A stretch of DNA of 64,000 nt from a virus: IMG/VR virus record IMGVR_UViG_3300029429_000001, positions 1 to 64,000 of that record; one strand, written 5' to 3'. Numbering within the stretch: the stretch's first letter is position 1; the number at the start of each line of letters is the position of its first letter. Under the pieces are notes generated by a model. That model was not told where the DNA came from. It searched no databases and was given only the letters and a program-made list of their open reading frames with translations. Positions 9,694 to 19,301 of this stretch are shown here, piece after piece. The position numbers were made by a program, and so were the translations under genes.

Positions 9694-12170
9694 GCCGCTA
9701 TATCGCCAATTATAAGAATATCGACGTAATTAGCGTAAGAGCCGCCAAGGGCAATCTGTGCCGCTGTTGTGGTTGACGGGAATATCGACCAGGTTTCCTG
9801 GTTCCCCACATAACTATGGCGATGATTTAGAAAGCACGAATAACCGGTAGAGGCGAACGGGTGCGCAGCAAAATTAATAGTCTGCACGCTATTGTAATTA
9901 GACTTAGAATCGTAATATCGCCCAACTAAAACCTGCATCTTGAGGACTGGAAACTTAATTTGTGTCCATAGAAATGATCTATCTGTGGTGGGAATTAGAT
10001 TGTGACTCTTATCAACAGTTACAATGCCACCCAACATTAAGGCAAGCGTATCAAAGTCTGGCAGGTCAGTAAGCTTCTCAAATAAAGCAGCAGCCATTAG
10101 GCCAGGGGCAGTGTCTTTCGCTAATTCAGTACTGGCCACATCCGATGGCAATCCCGCCACCTTGCTAAAATGCGCTTTAGACATTTGGCCGCTTAGAGCT
10201 GCGGTAGCCGATCGATTGGGCGCGTAACGAGTATCCAGGTCCGTGTTATTGCGCACCTGGTGAGTACCCGCTCCCTCAGTTAAAATTCGGCGCCATCCTG
10301 GATTATAAGTAGATCCATTATCAACCCGGATAAACTGGCTGTTTAATGTGTGATCATCCGCGGCGCTGTTTGTAGTGGGAGTAGTCACGGTCAAAGTATG
10401 ATTAGCTTTACTGCCATAAACTTCGACCAGGCAGCCGGCTAAATCAACGCTATAACTACCCATATTTAAAGTATCGTTACCGCCATAACTCCAGCTGCCA
10501 CGGTTCACCCAGTGCCCATTAACAAAAGCACCCATAGAGTCCAATAGCTCAATAAATTCCTCAGTATCTATGGTCCTGCGGGCTGCAGTTTTTCCTGCCT
10601 CAATATCGGCTGCAGAAAGCTGCTCAATAAATGCCACGCCATCGATATCACCAGGGCCAGATCCAGCCCAAGGCAATCCAGCCAAAAGGCTAGCCGCTTC
10701 TTTTTCAAAATCCCCTTTTTCGGTCGTGCTTTTCCAGTCTGATTTTTTGAATGTCGCAGCATTGGCAGGCATGCCCTTAAGCCATCGATAGCTTTTGTGA
10801 GGCGCCGCCTCTACCGTCGTAGCGTTGGTGCCATCCAACAACGTAGCTTCTTGAATTCTCATTAAGACAGCTGAGCCCAGAGAGCCATAACTGAATGTTT
10901 TAACGCGGTATCTATCACCCGAGGTGGGCAACTTGCCGGTACTACTCAATACAGCAATAGGGGCCGTTACCGTGTCCGGGTCCGTAGACTCAGGCACTAG
11001 CTCATTGCCCCCGGCTGCCAGATCCGCCGCCAGGTCGGAGTCATTAGGATCTATAAGGGAGGCCGGGAAATTATTAGCCGGCATGCCATTAAGGGCGGCC
11101 GCTGTTTTGGCTTTTGTAGCAAGTCCGGAGGTGGTCGAACTCTTAGCCGTCTTGGCCTCAGATTCAATGCCCAGGTAACGCTCTTTTAATGGCTGGTTTT
11201 TCTCGGCTATCTCGCCTGTTGAACCCATCGCCACATCACCGAATTTTATCAGTGCTTTTTCCGTAGCATATCCGCCAGCTGCAGGGGCGAACGCTTTAAC
11301 CCAGCCCACTTGGGAATCGTTGTGGCTATCGAACGCCTGGTATTCAACGAAAAATTTACTATCAGCTGAGCCGGTATAATTTAGGTCAATTCGTAGCTCG
11401 ACCGATCCGCCAGCAGTCACGCCAATACGCAAAGCTTTTGCCGGAAAATCATCACTCACAGAAACTAAATTGATTCGCGCCTTGCCGGTATCACTATGCA
11501 CGGCCGTAAATTCAAGCGCACCGCCCGTCACGCTCTCCAGGAGAGTAAAACGCCCCATTAGAGCACCTGAGCCATAGGCGATAGTGTAAGTGCTATCCAG
11601 GGCGCCATCGGGCAGCCCGAACGATTCGCTAATCTGATTCGTGCCCAGGTCAATTTTTCTGGCAAGGACAATATCACTGGCCTGGATGGAGCCGGCGCCA
11701 GAATCGATATTGATTGTCGCCAGTACAACCCGGCCGGTATGCGCAGGAAGCGCCACAAGGCTAGACACAACAGAAATGCTGGTGGTTGTTTGCTCGGACA
11801 CATCCAGAACATCACTCACCTTGTAAAACACATTTAATACGACGTAGTTGGTGGCGCCCTTGGCGATAGAGAATTTTTTATAAAGTCCCTTGGGCATGCG
11901 AGCGGTTAACGCCGGCTTAATCGCTGGTTTAGTCGGGTCGTACACTTCCATCAGTGCGACGTTATCGCCGGCTGAGCCAACTTTAACGGCAAACGCCCCG
12001 CCATCGGTATCAACAGACACATCAAAGCCGCGATAAACTCCCTCAGGTAAAATTCCAGCGAACTTACTATTTAAGGACTGGCTGGCGTATTTTTCTTGAT
12101 AGGCCAGGTCCACGCGCAGATCATCGATTGGTTGCTGCGGCCAATTGCTTACATAAACTTGTGAGGACAC
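9690..12170 (-). CDS. Tail fibre protein (P1 gpS-like N-terminus)
   Basis: DLAYQEKYASQSLNSKFAGILPEGVYRGF resembles the gpS N-terminus; EEFIELLDSMGAF..GSWSY..LAGCLVEV fibre domain. Confidence 0.8.
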   Translation of the reverse strand: MSSQVYVSNWPQQPIDDLRVDLAYQEKYASQSLNSKFAGILPEGVYRGFDVSVDTDGGAFAVKVGSAGDNVALMEVYDPTKPAIKPALTARMPKGLYKKFSIAKGATNYVVLNVFYKVSDVLDVSEQTTTSISVVSSLVALPAHTGRVVLATINIDSGAGSIQASDIVLARKIDLGTNQISESFGLPDGALDSTYTIAYGSGALMGRFTLLESVTGGALEFTAVHSDTGKARINLVSVSDDFPAKALRIGVTAGGSVELRIDLNYTGSADSKFFVEYQAFDSHNDSQVGWVKAFAPAAGGYATEKALIKFGDVAMGSTGEIAEKNQPLKERYLGIESEAKTAKSSTTSGLATKAKTAAALNGMPANNFPASLIDPNDSDLAADLAAGGNELVPESTDPDTVTAPIAVLSSTGKLPTSGDRYRVKTFSYGSLGSAVLMRIQEATLLDGTNATTVEAAPHKSYRWLKGMPANAATFKKSDWKSTTEKGDFEKEAASLLAGLPWAGSGPGDIDGVAFIEQLSAADIEAGKTAARRTIDTEEFIELLDSMGAFVNGHWVNRGSWSYGGNDTLNMGSYSVDLAGCLVEVYGSKANHTLTVTTPTTNSAADDHTLNSQFIRVDNGSTYNPGWRRILTEGAGTHQVRNNTDLDTRYAPNRSATAALSGQMSKAHFSKVAGLPSDVASTELAKDTAPGLMAAALFEKLTDLPDFDTLALMLGGIVTVDKSHNLIPTTDRSFLWTQIKFPVLKMQVLVGRYYDSKSNYNSVQTINFAAHPFASTGYSCFLNHRHSYVGNQETWSIFPSTTTAAQIALGGSYANYVDILIIGDIAA

Positions 12171-12173
12171 TAC

Positions 12174-12737
12174 TTATTCTCCAAAAACAAAACCATTACC
12201 AGACACCGGCTCGACCACATCCACGACGGGATCGCCAGTTATCTGCTCTATTTCTTGATCAATTACTTGCTCCAGGGCTTCATTCGTATCTCTGTACGGT
12301 ATGAGCTGATAGATGGCGCCGCCTTTTGAGTTGCGCCCTATCCCTTGAGATTCCATAACAATAAAAATTTGCTCTTTAACGTCATCACCATCCAATTCAA
12401 AAACAGTGACAATGCTTTGCTCGGGTACCTGCTCAGATAGCAGGACCAAAAGTGGCTCATCCATCTCCCCGGAGAGACCCGTGCCCGAGGACAATTGCAG
12501 TTTTGCTTTTTGGTCTTGGGTTATTTCCAGCATTTTTATCTGTGCCGGCACGTCAAAATCGACGGCCTGGTCGTTGTAATCCAAGTTGCCCACGCCGGAG
12601 TCATCCGGAGATTTTGGCTTGTCATCAAAGATTGCCCGGGAACACAAAACCGGTACCGCACGCGGATGCACGGCCAATAGTTTCTGCATATCCGCTAGCA
12701 TGCGCTCTGCCATGGCGGTTCTATTTACTGCAATCAA
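12174..12737 (-). CDS. P1 gp7-like head/tail completion protein
   Basis: Synteny after gp25-like; VPEQSI motif; size. Confidence 0.55.
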   Translation of the reverse strand: MIAVNRTAMAERMLADMQKLLAVHPRAVPVLCSRAIFDDKPKSPDDSGVGNLDYNDQAVDFDVPAQIKMLEITQDQKAKLQLSSGTGLSGEMDEPLLVLLSEQVPEQSIVTVFELDGDDVKEQIFIVMESQGIGRNSKGGAIYQLIPYRDTNEALEQVIDQEIEQITGDPVVDVVEPVSGNGFVFGE

Positions 12738-13937
12738 TTATTTAATCCCCTTGGCTAGTTCTTTGGCTTTTGCCAGTGTTATGCCGCTCTTCTTAGCAAA
12801 GAAACGAATGGCCTGGCTTCTTTGCCCGCCGTACTCTTTGGCACTATCGAGCTCGCGTTTAAGGCCTATTTTTAAAGTGTCATTGCCAGTTTTGCCGCCT
12901 GGCTTTGGCTTATTAATTTGTTTTTCTAGCGCTATACGGGCAGACACCTTTTGTTTTTCCAGGGCACGCTCAGCCTTCCGGAGTTGTGCCACCACATCCG
13001 CTTTTTGCTTCTTGAGCTCAGCAATGTATTCCAGGTCTTTTTTCTGGCTGGCGGTTTTCTTCTTGTACGTTTTAGCCGCGGCCTGCAGTTTTTTAAGCTG
13101 GTCCTGGTATTTGGTTTGATCGATTGCCCGGGGCCGGGCTTTGGAGACTTGCTCCATATCTTTTTTAGTAAGCGCTTTGTGTTTTGTGTCACCCAGGAAT
13201 CCAGTAGCGCCCGCCTGCTCTGCCATTTTCTTTTCCAAGAACTTAGCCAGGGTCGGAGTTAAAAGGACCTTCAGGGTTTTTAATTGGTGCTTACAACACA
13301 TGCCCACCAACTTGGGGTTACGGATTTTCGGGAAATCTTTCTCGAATGGTTTTAAAGCGACTTTTGCTGCAGTGGCCACATACCGGAACCAGTATTGATA
13401 TCGCCCGCAGGTACAATCGATGGACACGCGCCCGCGTAGGGACCGGCGCACGGCATCTTTATAGTCGGCATGACTAATTAGGTTATCGTTCCACTCCTCC
13501 AGGCGTACTCGCACACCATAAGAAGCCGGCGCCCCTGGACTGGTACCCGAGGAAGGCACGTTGAAATGCAAGGTGGCGCCATTAATCGCGATCATTGTGG
13601 ATGATCTAATTTGCGCATTGGATCGCTCGATATCATCCGCCAGCGAGGAGGCTAGCAATTGAACAATGGGCGCGCCTTGGGTCGGGCTCCATGATTTCTG
13701 CACCCGCTGTCTGGCATGGCCAAACATCTGGATATCTTCGAGAGTGAACTGGTGGCCCTTTTCATTGGTCCCCCAGGTAACAGCATCGAACGGATCGATC
13801 TCACCCTTGAGCAAGGCACGGCGCATTTGCTCCGGGTTTAAGGTCCCGAAAGCAGACTGCCTGGCAATGCGTTGTTTCTTACGCTCAGCTGCTATTGCCT
13901 TACTTATTGAGGCTGAGGAAAATTTACCAGCTGCCAT
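12738..13937 (-). CDS. P1 gp25-like protein with SWIM Zn finger
   Basis: DCTCGRYQYWFRY, FPKIRNP, CCKH motifs; probable start MAAGKFS. Confidence 0.8.
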   Translation of the reverse strand: MAAGKFSSASISKAIAAERKKQRIARQSAFGTLNPEQMRRALLKGEIDPFDAVTWGTNEKGHQFTLEDIQMFGHARQRVQKSWSPTQGAPIVQLLASSLADDIERSNAQIRSSTMIAINGATLHFNVPSSGTSPGAPASYGVRVRLEEWNDNLISHADYKDAVRRSLRGRVSIDCTCGRYQYWFRYVATAAKVALKPFEKDFPKIRNPKLVGMCCKHQLKTLKVLLTPTLAKFLEKKMAEQAGATGFLGDTKHKALTKKDMEQVSKARPRAIDQTKYQDQLKKLQAAAKTYKKKTASQKKDLEYIAELKKQKADVVAQLRKAERALEKQKVSARIALEKQINKPKPGGKTGNDTLKIGLKRELDSAKEYGGQRSQAIRFFAKKSGITLAKAKELAKGIK

Positions 13938-14233
13938 TATTGATCCTGGTAAAAGCGGATGCGCTGGCGTAACCAAGCGGCCGGAGGTAATGGGATCTGG
14001 GAGCCTATCTCGATGGGTATTTCAGCATTATCAATACCGGCAGCTGCCAGCACGATCTGAGTGGCCTGCTCTGTGCCGTAGTGGCGATACGCGATCAAGT
14101 CGGGGCGGTAGGCCTCCTCTTCTAATACCTCGTAACGTGGCCACTCCTCTTGCGGCTCACGGATTTCTTTCACCAGACGCCCACGGGCCAGTGAATCCTC
14201 AATATTAAAAGGCGATAAGCGGTGAACGGCCAT
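13937..14233 (-). CDS. Baseplate wedge protein (P1 gp26-like, LysM-like)
   Basis: YRPDLIAYRHYG, PLPPAAWLRQRIR. Confidence 0.8.
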   Translation of the reverse strand: MAVHRLSPFNIEDSLARGRLVKEIREPQEEWPRYEVLEEEAYRPDLIAYRHYGTEQATQIVLAAAGIDNAEIPIEIGSQIPLPPAAWLRQRIRFYQDQ

Positions 14234-14913
14234 TAGTCAGACACCAGCGCACTGATATCAACAACATGATCGGTACGCCCCAATAAGCCCTTTAGAGCGC
14301 CAGGCGTTGAATACTGGTCCCCGTCCATGCTGCCGTATTCATCCTCCAGGGCGCCGAATAACTCATCGGCAAACCCCTTATCTCTTAACACAATGCCGCC
14401 AGCTGCCAGGGTAGTAAGCATTAAGCAGCGCTGGGCACCGGTCAGACTTGCTTCAAGGTCATATTTCGGCCGACCCTTATCGTCATAATCGACGTTAATA
14501 CCTGCAGAGTTAGGACGCAGCGCGCTTGAGATGGTTTTGCCAGTGAATACCAGGGCGCCTAAAATCGTATAGGTCTCGCCTCCCGATTTCTGGGTAGTCG
14601 TGTCCCCCATACTGGCCAGGCCCATGTATTGATCCATGGCTATGTTTTGGTAGGTACGGCCGTCGTGCGGGTCCGGGGCGCCAAGGTCAACAGAGAAGTA
14701 ATCTGGGAATAGGTTTAGACGATCCTCAATAATGATCGTCATATCGAGCTCGGCAGCTTCGGCCAGCTTCTTTTTTGCCTTTACCTTCCAGTCGCGAAAA
14801 ATACCGGTAATGGTCCCAATCTTAAGAAATATCAGTTCTTCATTGCGCACCACACCAGTGGCATAGGTGATTTTATCGCCTGAGGTACTGAGTACAAAAA
14901 TGGGATTGGACAT
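14233..14913 (-). CDS. mat: Probable P1 Mat-like maturation control protein
   Basis: DGRT..IAMDQY and VDYDDKGRPKY resemble recalled P1 Mat motifs; first gene of a late operon. Confidence 0.5.
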   Translation of the reverse strand: MSNPIFVLSTSGDKITYATGVVRNEELIFLKIGTITGIFRDWKVKAKKKLAEAAELDMTIIIEDRLNLFPDYFSVDLGAPDPHDGRTYQNIAMDQYMGLASMGDTTTQKSGGETYTILGALVFTGKTISSALRPNSAGINVDYDDKGRPKYDLEASLTGAQRCLMLTTLAAGGIVLRDKGFADELFGALEDEYGSMDGDQYSTPGALKGLLGRTDHVVDISALVSD

Positions 14914-14943
14914 TGGGGCATTGCCAAATAATGAATTAAGGCA

Positions 14944-14993
14944 ATGATAGGGAGGGGAGCCGGTTCAAAGTGAACCGGCGAAAGTGTGTTATT
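14944..14993 (-). promoter_or_regulatory. Late promoter (baseplate operon): AATAACACACTTTCG-N29-TATCAT
   Basis: Shared box plus fixed spacing. Confidence 0.75.
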
Positions 14994-15002
14994 TATTATC
15001 GG

Positions 15003-15317
15003 TTAATGAACCTCGTTTTCTACCGTTGCCGGCGCCACTCCGGTCTCGAATAAAACCTGAATTGCTTGGGCGCTTTCCAGGCTGGTATCAATGCAGATAT
15101 TCCCATCATTGGGCAATTGGATAGTTAGCCTGGTACGGTTAGGCTCCAGCTCCATGATACTAATCTCTGGCACGCCCTCTCCCAGGTTGATCAAGCACGA
15201 TCGCAATGTCATGCCGCGCATGTTGAACGCAACATGAGCCACACACCTAACGCCTTCGGCCTCGAACTTGACCACTTCCGGCAGGGGTATTCCTTGATTT
15301 TTCTCGCTCATTTTCAT
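15003..15317 (-). CDS. Hypothetical protein
   Basis: AAGGA RBS; co-oriented operon. Confidence 0.55.
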   Translation of the reverse strand: MKMSEKNQGIPLPEVVKFEAEGVRCVAHVAFNMRGMTLRSCLINLGEGVPEISIMELEPNRTRLTIQLPNDGNICIDTSLESAQAIQVLFETGVAPATVENEVH

Positions 15318-15326
15318 TTCCTTTTA

Positions 15327-15797
15327 TTAAACGATTGATCTAACAGCCCCAGTTAGGGGGATTTCAAACAAGACATTATCCGGGCTTTCCACCTGGTTCA
15401 CGTCCTTAAGAATTAACAGCTTATCGGTAGCCACAGAATAACCGGCTTCCGGGTACTCTTCATATACACCATCCATGAGAGTGGCCAGGCGGGTAGACGC
15501 TGATTTAGCTTTAACCGCCAGCCCTTTCGACAATCCTTTATTAACGCCCTTGCCTAGTTCAATGATGGCGCCCTGTAGCTTACGCTCGGACCCGTACTGC
15601 CGGCCATTGCCCATGTACGCGATCAAGTCGCCATCGATCTTTAACCAGGCCTCGCGATTGTCCCAGGTCAGGGTATAGGGTCCGGTTTTAAACCGCCCAT
15701 TCTTACCGGCCGGAGACATTAACCGGAACAACCGCGTGAACTCCCTATCAAAAGCGAGCGTTAGTGGTCGTTCCCTTGACGCTTGATTGACCGTCAT
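15327..15797 (-). CDS. Hypothetical protein
   Basis: 156 aa co-oriented ORF. Confidence 0.55.
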   Translation of the reverse strand: MTVNQASRERPLTLAFDREFTRLFRLMSPAGKNGRFKTGPYTLTWDNREAWLKIDGDLIAYMGNGRQYGSERKLQGAIIELGKGVNKGLSKGLAVKAKSASTRLATLMDGVYEEYPEAGYSVATDKLLILKDVNQVESPDNVLFEIPLTGAVRSIV

Positions 15798-15841
15798 TAT
15801 TTTTATTTTCCATGATTAAATTCAATTATTGCTGGCGGCTG

Positions 15842-16093
15842 TTATATCCATGTTTCCACTATTACAGGGTCATCACCTGGTTCACGACTTAACCTAACAG
15901 GCACAACCCCGAATCTGAGCGCGTCCTCTTTGATCCAGGCAATCACGCCCCCTTTGGTCTCACTATGAGCGGCATCATTGGTAGAGCCTGAAATACCATT
16001 CATTACCACAAACCGGCGCGCCACAAACCGACCAGGGAAATCGGCCGGATTAAAATAGATCGTCCACATACTTAAAATTTTGTTCTTAATCAC
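15842..16093 (-). CDS. Conserved phage hypothetical protein
   Basis: WTIY.NP.DFPG.FVARR / DDPVIVETWI motif. Confidence 0.6.
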   Translation of the reverse strand: MIKNKILSMWTIYFNPADFPGRFVARRFVVMNGISGSTNDAAHSETKGGVIAWIKEDALRFGVVPVRLSREPGDDPVIVETWI

Positions 16094-16562
16094 TGCTTTT
16101 GTTTCTCTTTAATAATGCTGGGAGCTCACACAATATTTCTTGCCTGCAGAACTCATGGTCATAACCTGTTTGCCAGGGGAATAGACCGGCCCTGTCAGGC
16201 CATACAATTTGAAATGCTTGGTAATCATCATTACCCCAGTACAGGCCTGCCTGAGCGGCATGGGTTGCCTTAGCCTCAGCCGTTACCGGCAAGATCCAGG
16301 ATGGCAGGTCCGATATATCCGTGTCGCGTTTGCCTTCCTGGTATTCATCACCAACAAAACCAATATGATTGATTGCCACATTGATAATATTGCACCGGTT
16401 ATCATCGCGAAGCCCACTAATGAAAAATTCACAGCCGCCAGCCATCGCACTGGCGCCTATCGAATAAGAGTAAGTGGGTATCGTGCCAACAGGATCGAAA
16501 ACATTTTGAATGGTAAAACCTGCAGTCTCGATCTGCTTAATCATTCCAGGGTGTAGGTTCAT
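16086..16562 (-). CDS. DUF4262-like protein
   Basis: YSYSIG and QIVWPDRAGLFPW motifs. Confidence 0.7.
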   Translation of the reverse strand: MNLHPGMIKQIETAGFTIQNVFDPVGTIPTYSYSIGASAMAGGCEFFISGLRDDNRCNIINVAINHIGFVGDEYQEGKRDTDISDLPSWILPVTAEAKATHAAQAGLYWGNDDYQAFQIVWPDRAGLFPWQTGYDHEFCRQEILCELPALLKRNKSSD

Positions 16563-16759
16563 CGGTCGGCCTCGTTTTCAGGTATGCAACCAGGGCAATA
16601 ATCATTAGTTTCACTGCCGCCCTGGTAACACAGCCAGTCATTATCAACCGCCTCGTCGCGTATCTCTTCGGGAGTCTCGCCAATTTGGGTGCCGTCCGGC
16701 GCAACAAATAAACCGCCACAGCCAGAGCACGTTAAATAGAATTGTTCTTGAACTGGCAT
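16559..16759 (-). CDS. Small Zn-ribbon protein
   Basis: CSGC...CPGC. Confidence 0.55.
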   Translation of the reverse strand: MPVQEQFYLTCSGCGGLFVAPDGTQIGETPEEIRDEAVDNDWLCYQGGSETNDYCPGCIPENEADR

Positions 16760-17475
16760 TACTCATCACCTGAAATTATTTTATCTATCGCCTGGTATTG
16801 CTCCAGGGTAAATGTCCTGCCGCCAACTACAGCAAAGGTTTTGCGCATCTTTTCCTTGAGCATCCCATAGGTTTGCTTTTCAATGTATGCCGCTTCATCG
16901 ACAAGGTATGCCGCCTCATCTCGATACAAGGTCCAGGCGCCATTGCCCCTCTTATGCTCCAGCGTCTCAATAAGAAAAAGGCAATTACTGAAATCATCGC
17001 CATCAACTTTAATAGAAAAATTCCGATAGCCAACATGATCAACAGTGCACAGCCCGCTAGTCCTTTTTTTACGCTTGATACCCATGAACCAAAGCGAGTC
17101 ACCTGGCTTTAATTTTCCATCGTCAACCGACTTACCTATAAGCCCACTTATCGCGTCGGTATTGTAAAATTTTGCATGAAAATCAGATCCGCCCGGCCTT
17201 GCTTCCCTGTGCCACTCATAGTAAATATCACCGACACGAAACGAGATAAACTCGACACTATCGATCTGCATTTCTAAATTCATACCATAGGCTTTACGCA
17301 AGAACATAGACGCCGCCTTCTGCCCAAGCTTTTGATTTTCTCCCTCTCCTACCGGGAACTCCTTGGCCACTCTATTACCAGGATCAACAGTCACACCAAG
17401 CGCATTAACTCGACAATTCAACGATCTACCGGCCACTTGATCGGACCTGGAGGGGCGGGCCTTAACGACATTCAT
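16759..17475 (-). CDS. Hypothetical protein
   Basis: 238 aa, overlapping stop/start coupling. Confidence 0.55.
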   Translation of the reverse strand: MNVVKARPSRSDQVAGRSLNCRVNALGVTVDPGNRVAKEFPVGEGENQKLGQKAASMFLRKAYGMNLEMQIDSVEFISFRVGDIYYEWHREARPGGSDFHAKFYNTDAISGLIGKSVDDGKLKPGDSLWFMGIKRKKRTSGLCTVDHVGYRNFSIKVDGDDFSNCLFLIETLEHKRGNGAWTLYRDEAAYLVDEAAYIEKQTYGMLKEKMRKTFAVVGGRTFTLEQYQAIDKIISGDE

Positions 17476-17801
17476 GCAGCCACCAGCCCATTCAATTCAA
17501 CCAGCCTTTCCATGGTCACACAGGACACACCATGGCGATTGGCCACGACTTTAGTTTGCTTGGCGCTCAATTCAGACTCGCTTATTTCATCCTGCACAAA
17601 GAACCTGGCCTCTTCGATGGTATTGCACACACCTGTAGCCAGATAAATAGCGGCATCGCTTTCACTGTCCAGGGGAACATCAATAGAAACATGGTATTGA
17701 TCAAAGCCATGCTTAGTCATGACGATATCCCAACCCTTAAAAGTGGCCACGGCCGTTCCGAATTCTTCTATTGCTGATTTTTTTAAATCTACTAACGCCA
17801 T
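17472..17801 (-). CDS. Hypothetical acidic protein
   Basis: AGG RBS; operon context. Confidence 0.55.
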   Translation of the reverse strand: MALVDLKKSAIEEFGTAVATFKGWDIVMTKHGFDQYHVSIDVPLDSESDAAIYLATGVCNTIEEARFFVQDEISESELSAKQTKVVANRHGVSCVTMERLVELNGLVAA

Positions 17802-17805
17802 TTTT

Positions 17806-18036
17806 CTACCTTAACAACCAGCGCAGAGAATATTCCCACTGCGGATTGTTTTTCCTAAATTCAATGTCGCGAATAACTCGGGTCATGTGGTTATCTTTAA
17901 TCCCGAGGGTTTTAGCTAGTTCGCTCTGTGTAAGGCCTTTTTCTTTAATTAAGACCTTGATATCCCCTGGAGCCATAAACGTCTCTTGCCCGTTTAATAG
18001 GTCCAGGGTATCGCCGTCGTTAAGCTGCTTTGCCAT
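17806..18036 (-). CDS. XRE-family HTH regulator (Aca-like)
   Basis: KGLTQSELAKTLGIKDNHMTRVI HTH. Confidence 0.75.
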   Translation of the reverse strand: MAKQLNDGDTLDLLNGQETFMAPGDIKVLIKEKGLTQSELAKTLGIKDNHMTRVIRDIEFRKNNPQWEYSLRWLLR

Positions 18037-18250
18037 TTGACTTAGTTTTTCCAGTTTTAAGGCAAACCTCTTCAGGATTCCCCTTGGCCCACACCTGAAC
18101 TTTTACCACCTGGCCGCCCTTCTTACGCTGGATAAGATCTTTTTCGATCGCATCCCACTTTCCGGAGTTGCGCATTTCGATAAAAGTAGTGAGTGCAATT
18201 TTGATAGCAAAAACGCCATCTTTTAATGTTTGTGTCATCGCTCTGTGCAT
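18020..18250 (-). CDS. Small hypothetical protein, first gene of HTH-controlled operon
   Basis: GGAGG RBS before ATG at 18250. Confidence 0.6.
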   Translation of the reverse strand: MHRAMTQTLKDGVFAIKIALTTFIEMRNSGKWDAIEKDLIQRKKGGQVVKVQVWAKGNPEEVCLKTGKTKSNGKAA

Positions 18251-18282
18251 AATCAAACCTCCGTTAAAAGTGAGATGCACGG

Positions 18283-18336
18283 CTATAATCACCCTCCAGG
18301 GTGAAACTGTCAACTACTTTTCACCCTCCAGGGTGA
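18283..18336 (-). promoter_or_regulatory. Sigma70 promoter with two identical palindromic operators TCACCCTCCAGGGTGA
   Basis: Copies at 18289-18304 and 18321-18336 flank TTGACA; TTGACA-17-GATTAT. Confidence 0.75.
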
Positions 18337-18343
18337 TTTTATC

Positions 18344-18568
18344 TTGATTAACCATAAGCGACCTTATAAGCTCCTGGGCATACCACAAAAAAAGATAATG
18401 ATAATGCGCAAAGAAATTTTGCTTTACTCGCTGGTGGCTATACAGGCACGCCTAGGCTCGCTTGAGCACTCTTTAGAGGGGAGATCCGCCAGCGAATTTG
18501 AAACACTGCAGCTGGCGAAATTAAAAAAGGCTGAGGAAATACTCATTGCCGATATGAAACAAGCTTAA
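18344..18568 (+). CDS. Small hypothetical protein (divergent)
   Basis: Helical ORF filling the gap; start uncertain. Confidence 0.4.
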   Translation: MINHKRPYKLLGIPQKKIMIMRKEILLYSLVAIQARLGSLEHSLEGRSASEFETLQLAKLKKAEEILIADMKQA

Positions 18569-18870
18569 GCAAACTGGTATATATAATTAAGAACCCAGCC
18601 AACTATTACACCTAGCCAGAATTGCGCCTGGCTGGGTTTTCTACGCTCCATTGGGGGCGCTTCCTCTTCAGGTTCATCCTCCTCCAGCTCATCAATGGGC
18701 AAGATAAGATCCACCGCCTTTTTACAGGTCCAGTCGCTACAGTTTCCCGTCACGATCGGCTCGGCCAATTCAACCCCCTCCAGGGCCGCCAGGTTTACCC
18801 GGTTTAACTTATTACAGTAAGGGCATGCCCACTGCCCACGCTCAGATACTTTTGTCTGCTTCCTAATCAC
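18565..18870 (-). CDS. Zn-ribbon protein with C-terminal TM helix
   Basis: CPYC, CSDWTC; hydrophobic C-terminus. Confidence 0.55.
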   Translation of the reverse strand: MIRKQTKVSERGQWACPYCNKLNRVNLAALEGVELAEPIVTGNCSDWTCKKAVDLILPIDELEEDEPEEEAPPMERRKPSQAQFWLGVIVGWVLNYIYQFA

Positions 18871-19076
18871 CCGTGATTCCCCTTATAGATTTTTATTAGC
18901 TCTTCAGGCATATCCCCTAAGGTCTCCCACTGCCCCTCATCGGTTAAGTAGGTGCCTTCCCTCATATTGATCAAGGTCACAGGGTCCTGCTCCTTTACAA
19001 TGCTATCCACGATAGCCTGGGGCAAAACCGAGGACCTGAAAAACTCCTGGTCCTCAGTGATAATCAAATAACTCAT
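18867..19076 (-). CDS. Hypothetical protein
   Basis: Coupled ORF. Confidence 0.5.
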   Translation of the reverse strand: MSYLIITEDQEFFRSSVLPQAIVDSIVKEQDPVTLINMREGTYLTDEGQWETLGDMPEELIKIYKGNHG

Positions 19077-19297
19077 GAAATTGTTCGCTCCTGTAATCTA
19101 TCCAAAAACGCAGCAAGAGCGACGTAATTTCTTTTACGCTTGCTTTGTATAATGTCGCAGGTAAAGGTCCCGCTTTTCCCTTCCTCCATGAGCGCCAGGC
19201 GATCAGTTGTCCTGCTTAGTCTGTCCGTATCATAGTAAACAGGAAATAAGAAAGCCGGCTTAAGTCTGCCGGCTCCTGCCTTGCGGTTAAAAGTCAT
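19073..19297 (-). CDS. Hypothetical protein
   Basis: Coupled ORF. Confidence 0.45.
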   Translation of the reverse strand: MTFNRKAGAGRLKPAFLFPVYYDTDRLSRTTDRLALMEEGKSGTFTCDIIQSKRKRNYVALAAFLDRLQERTIS

Positions 19298-19301
19298 TTA
19301 G

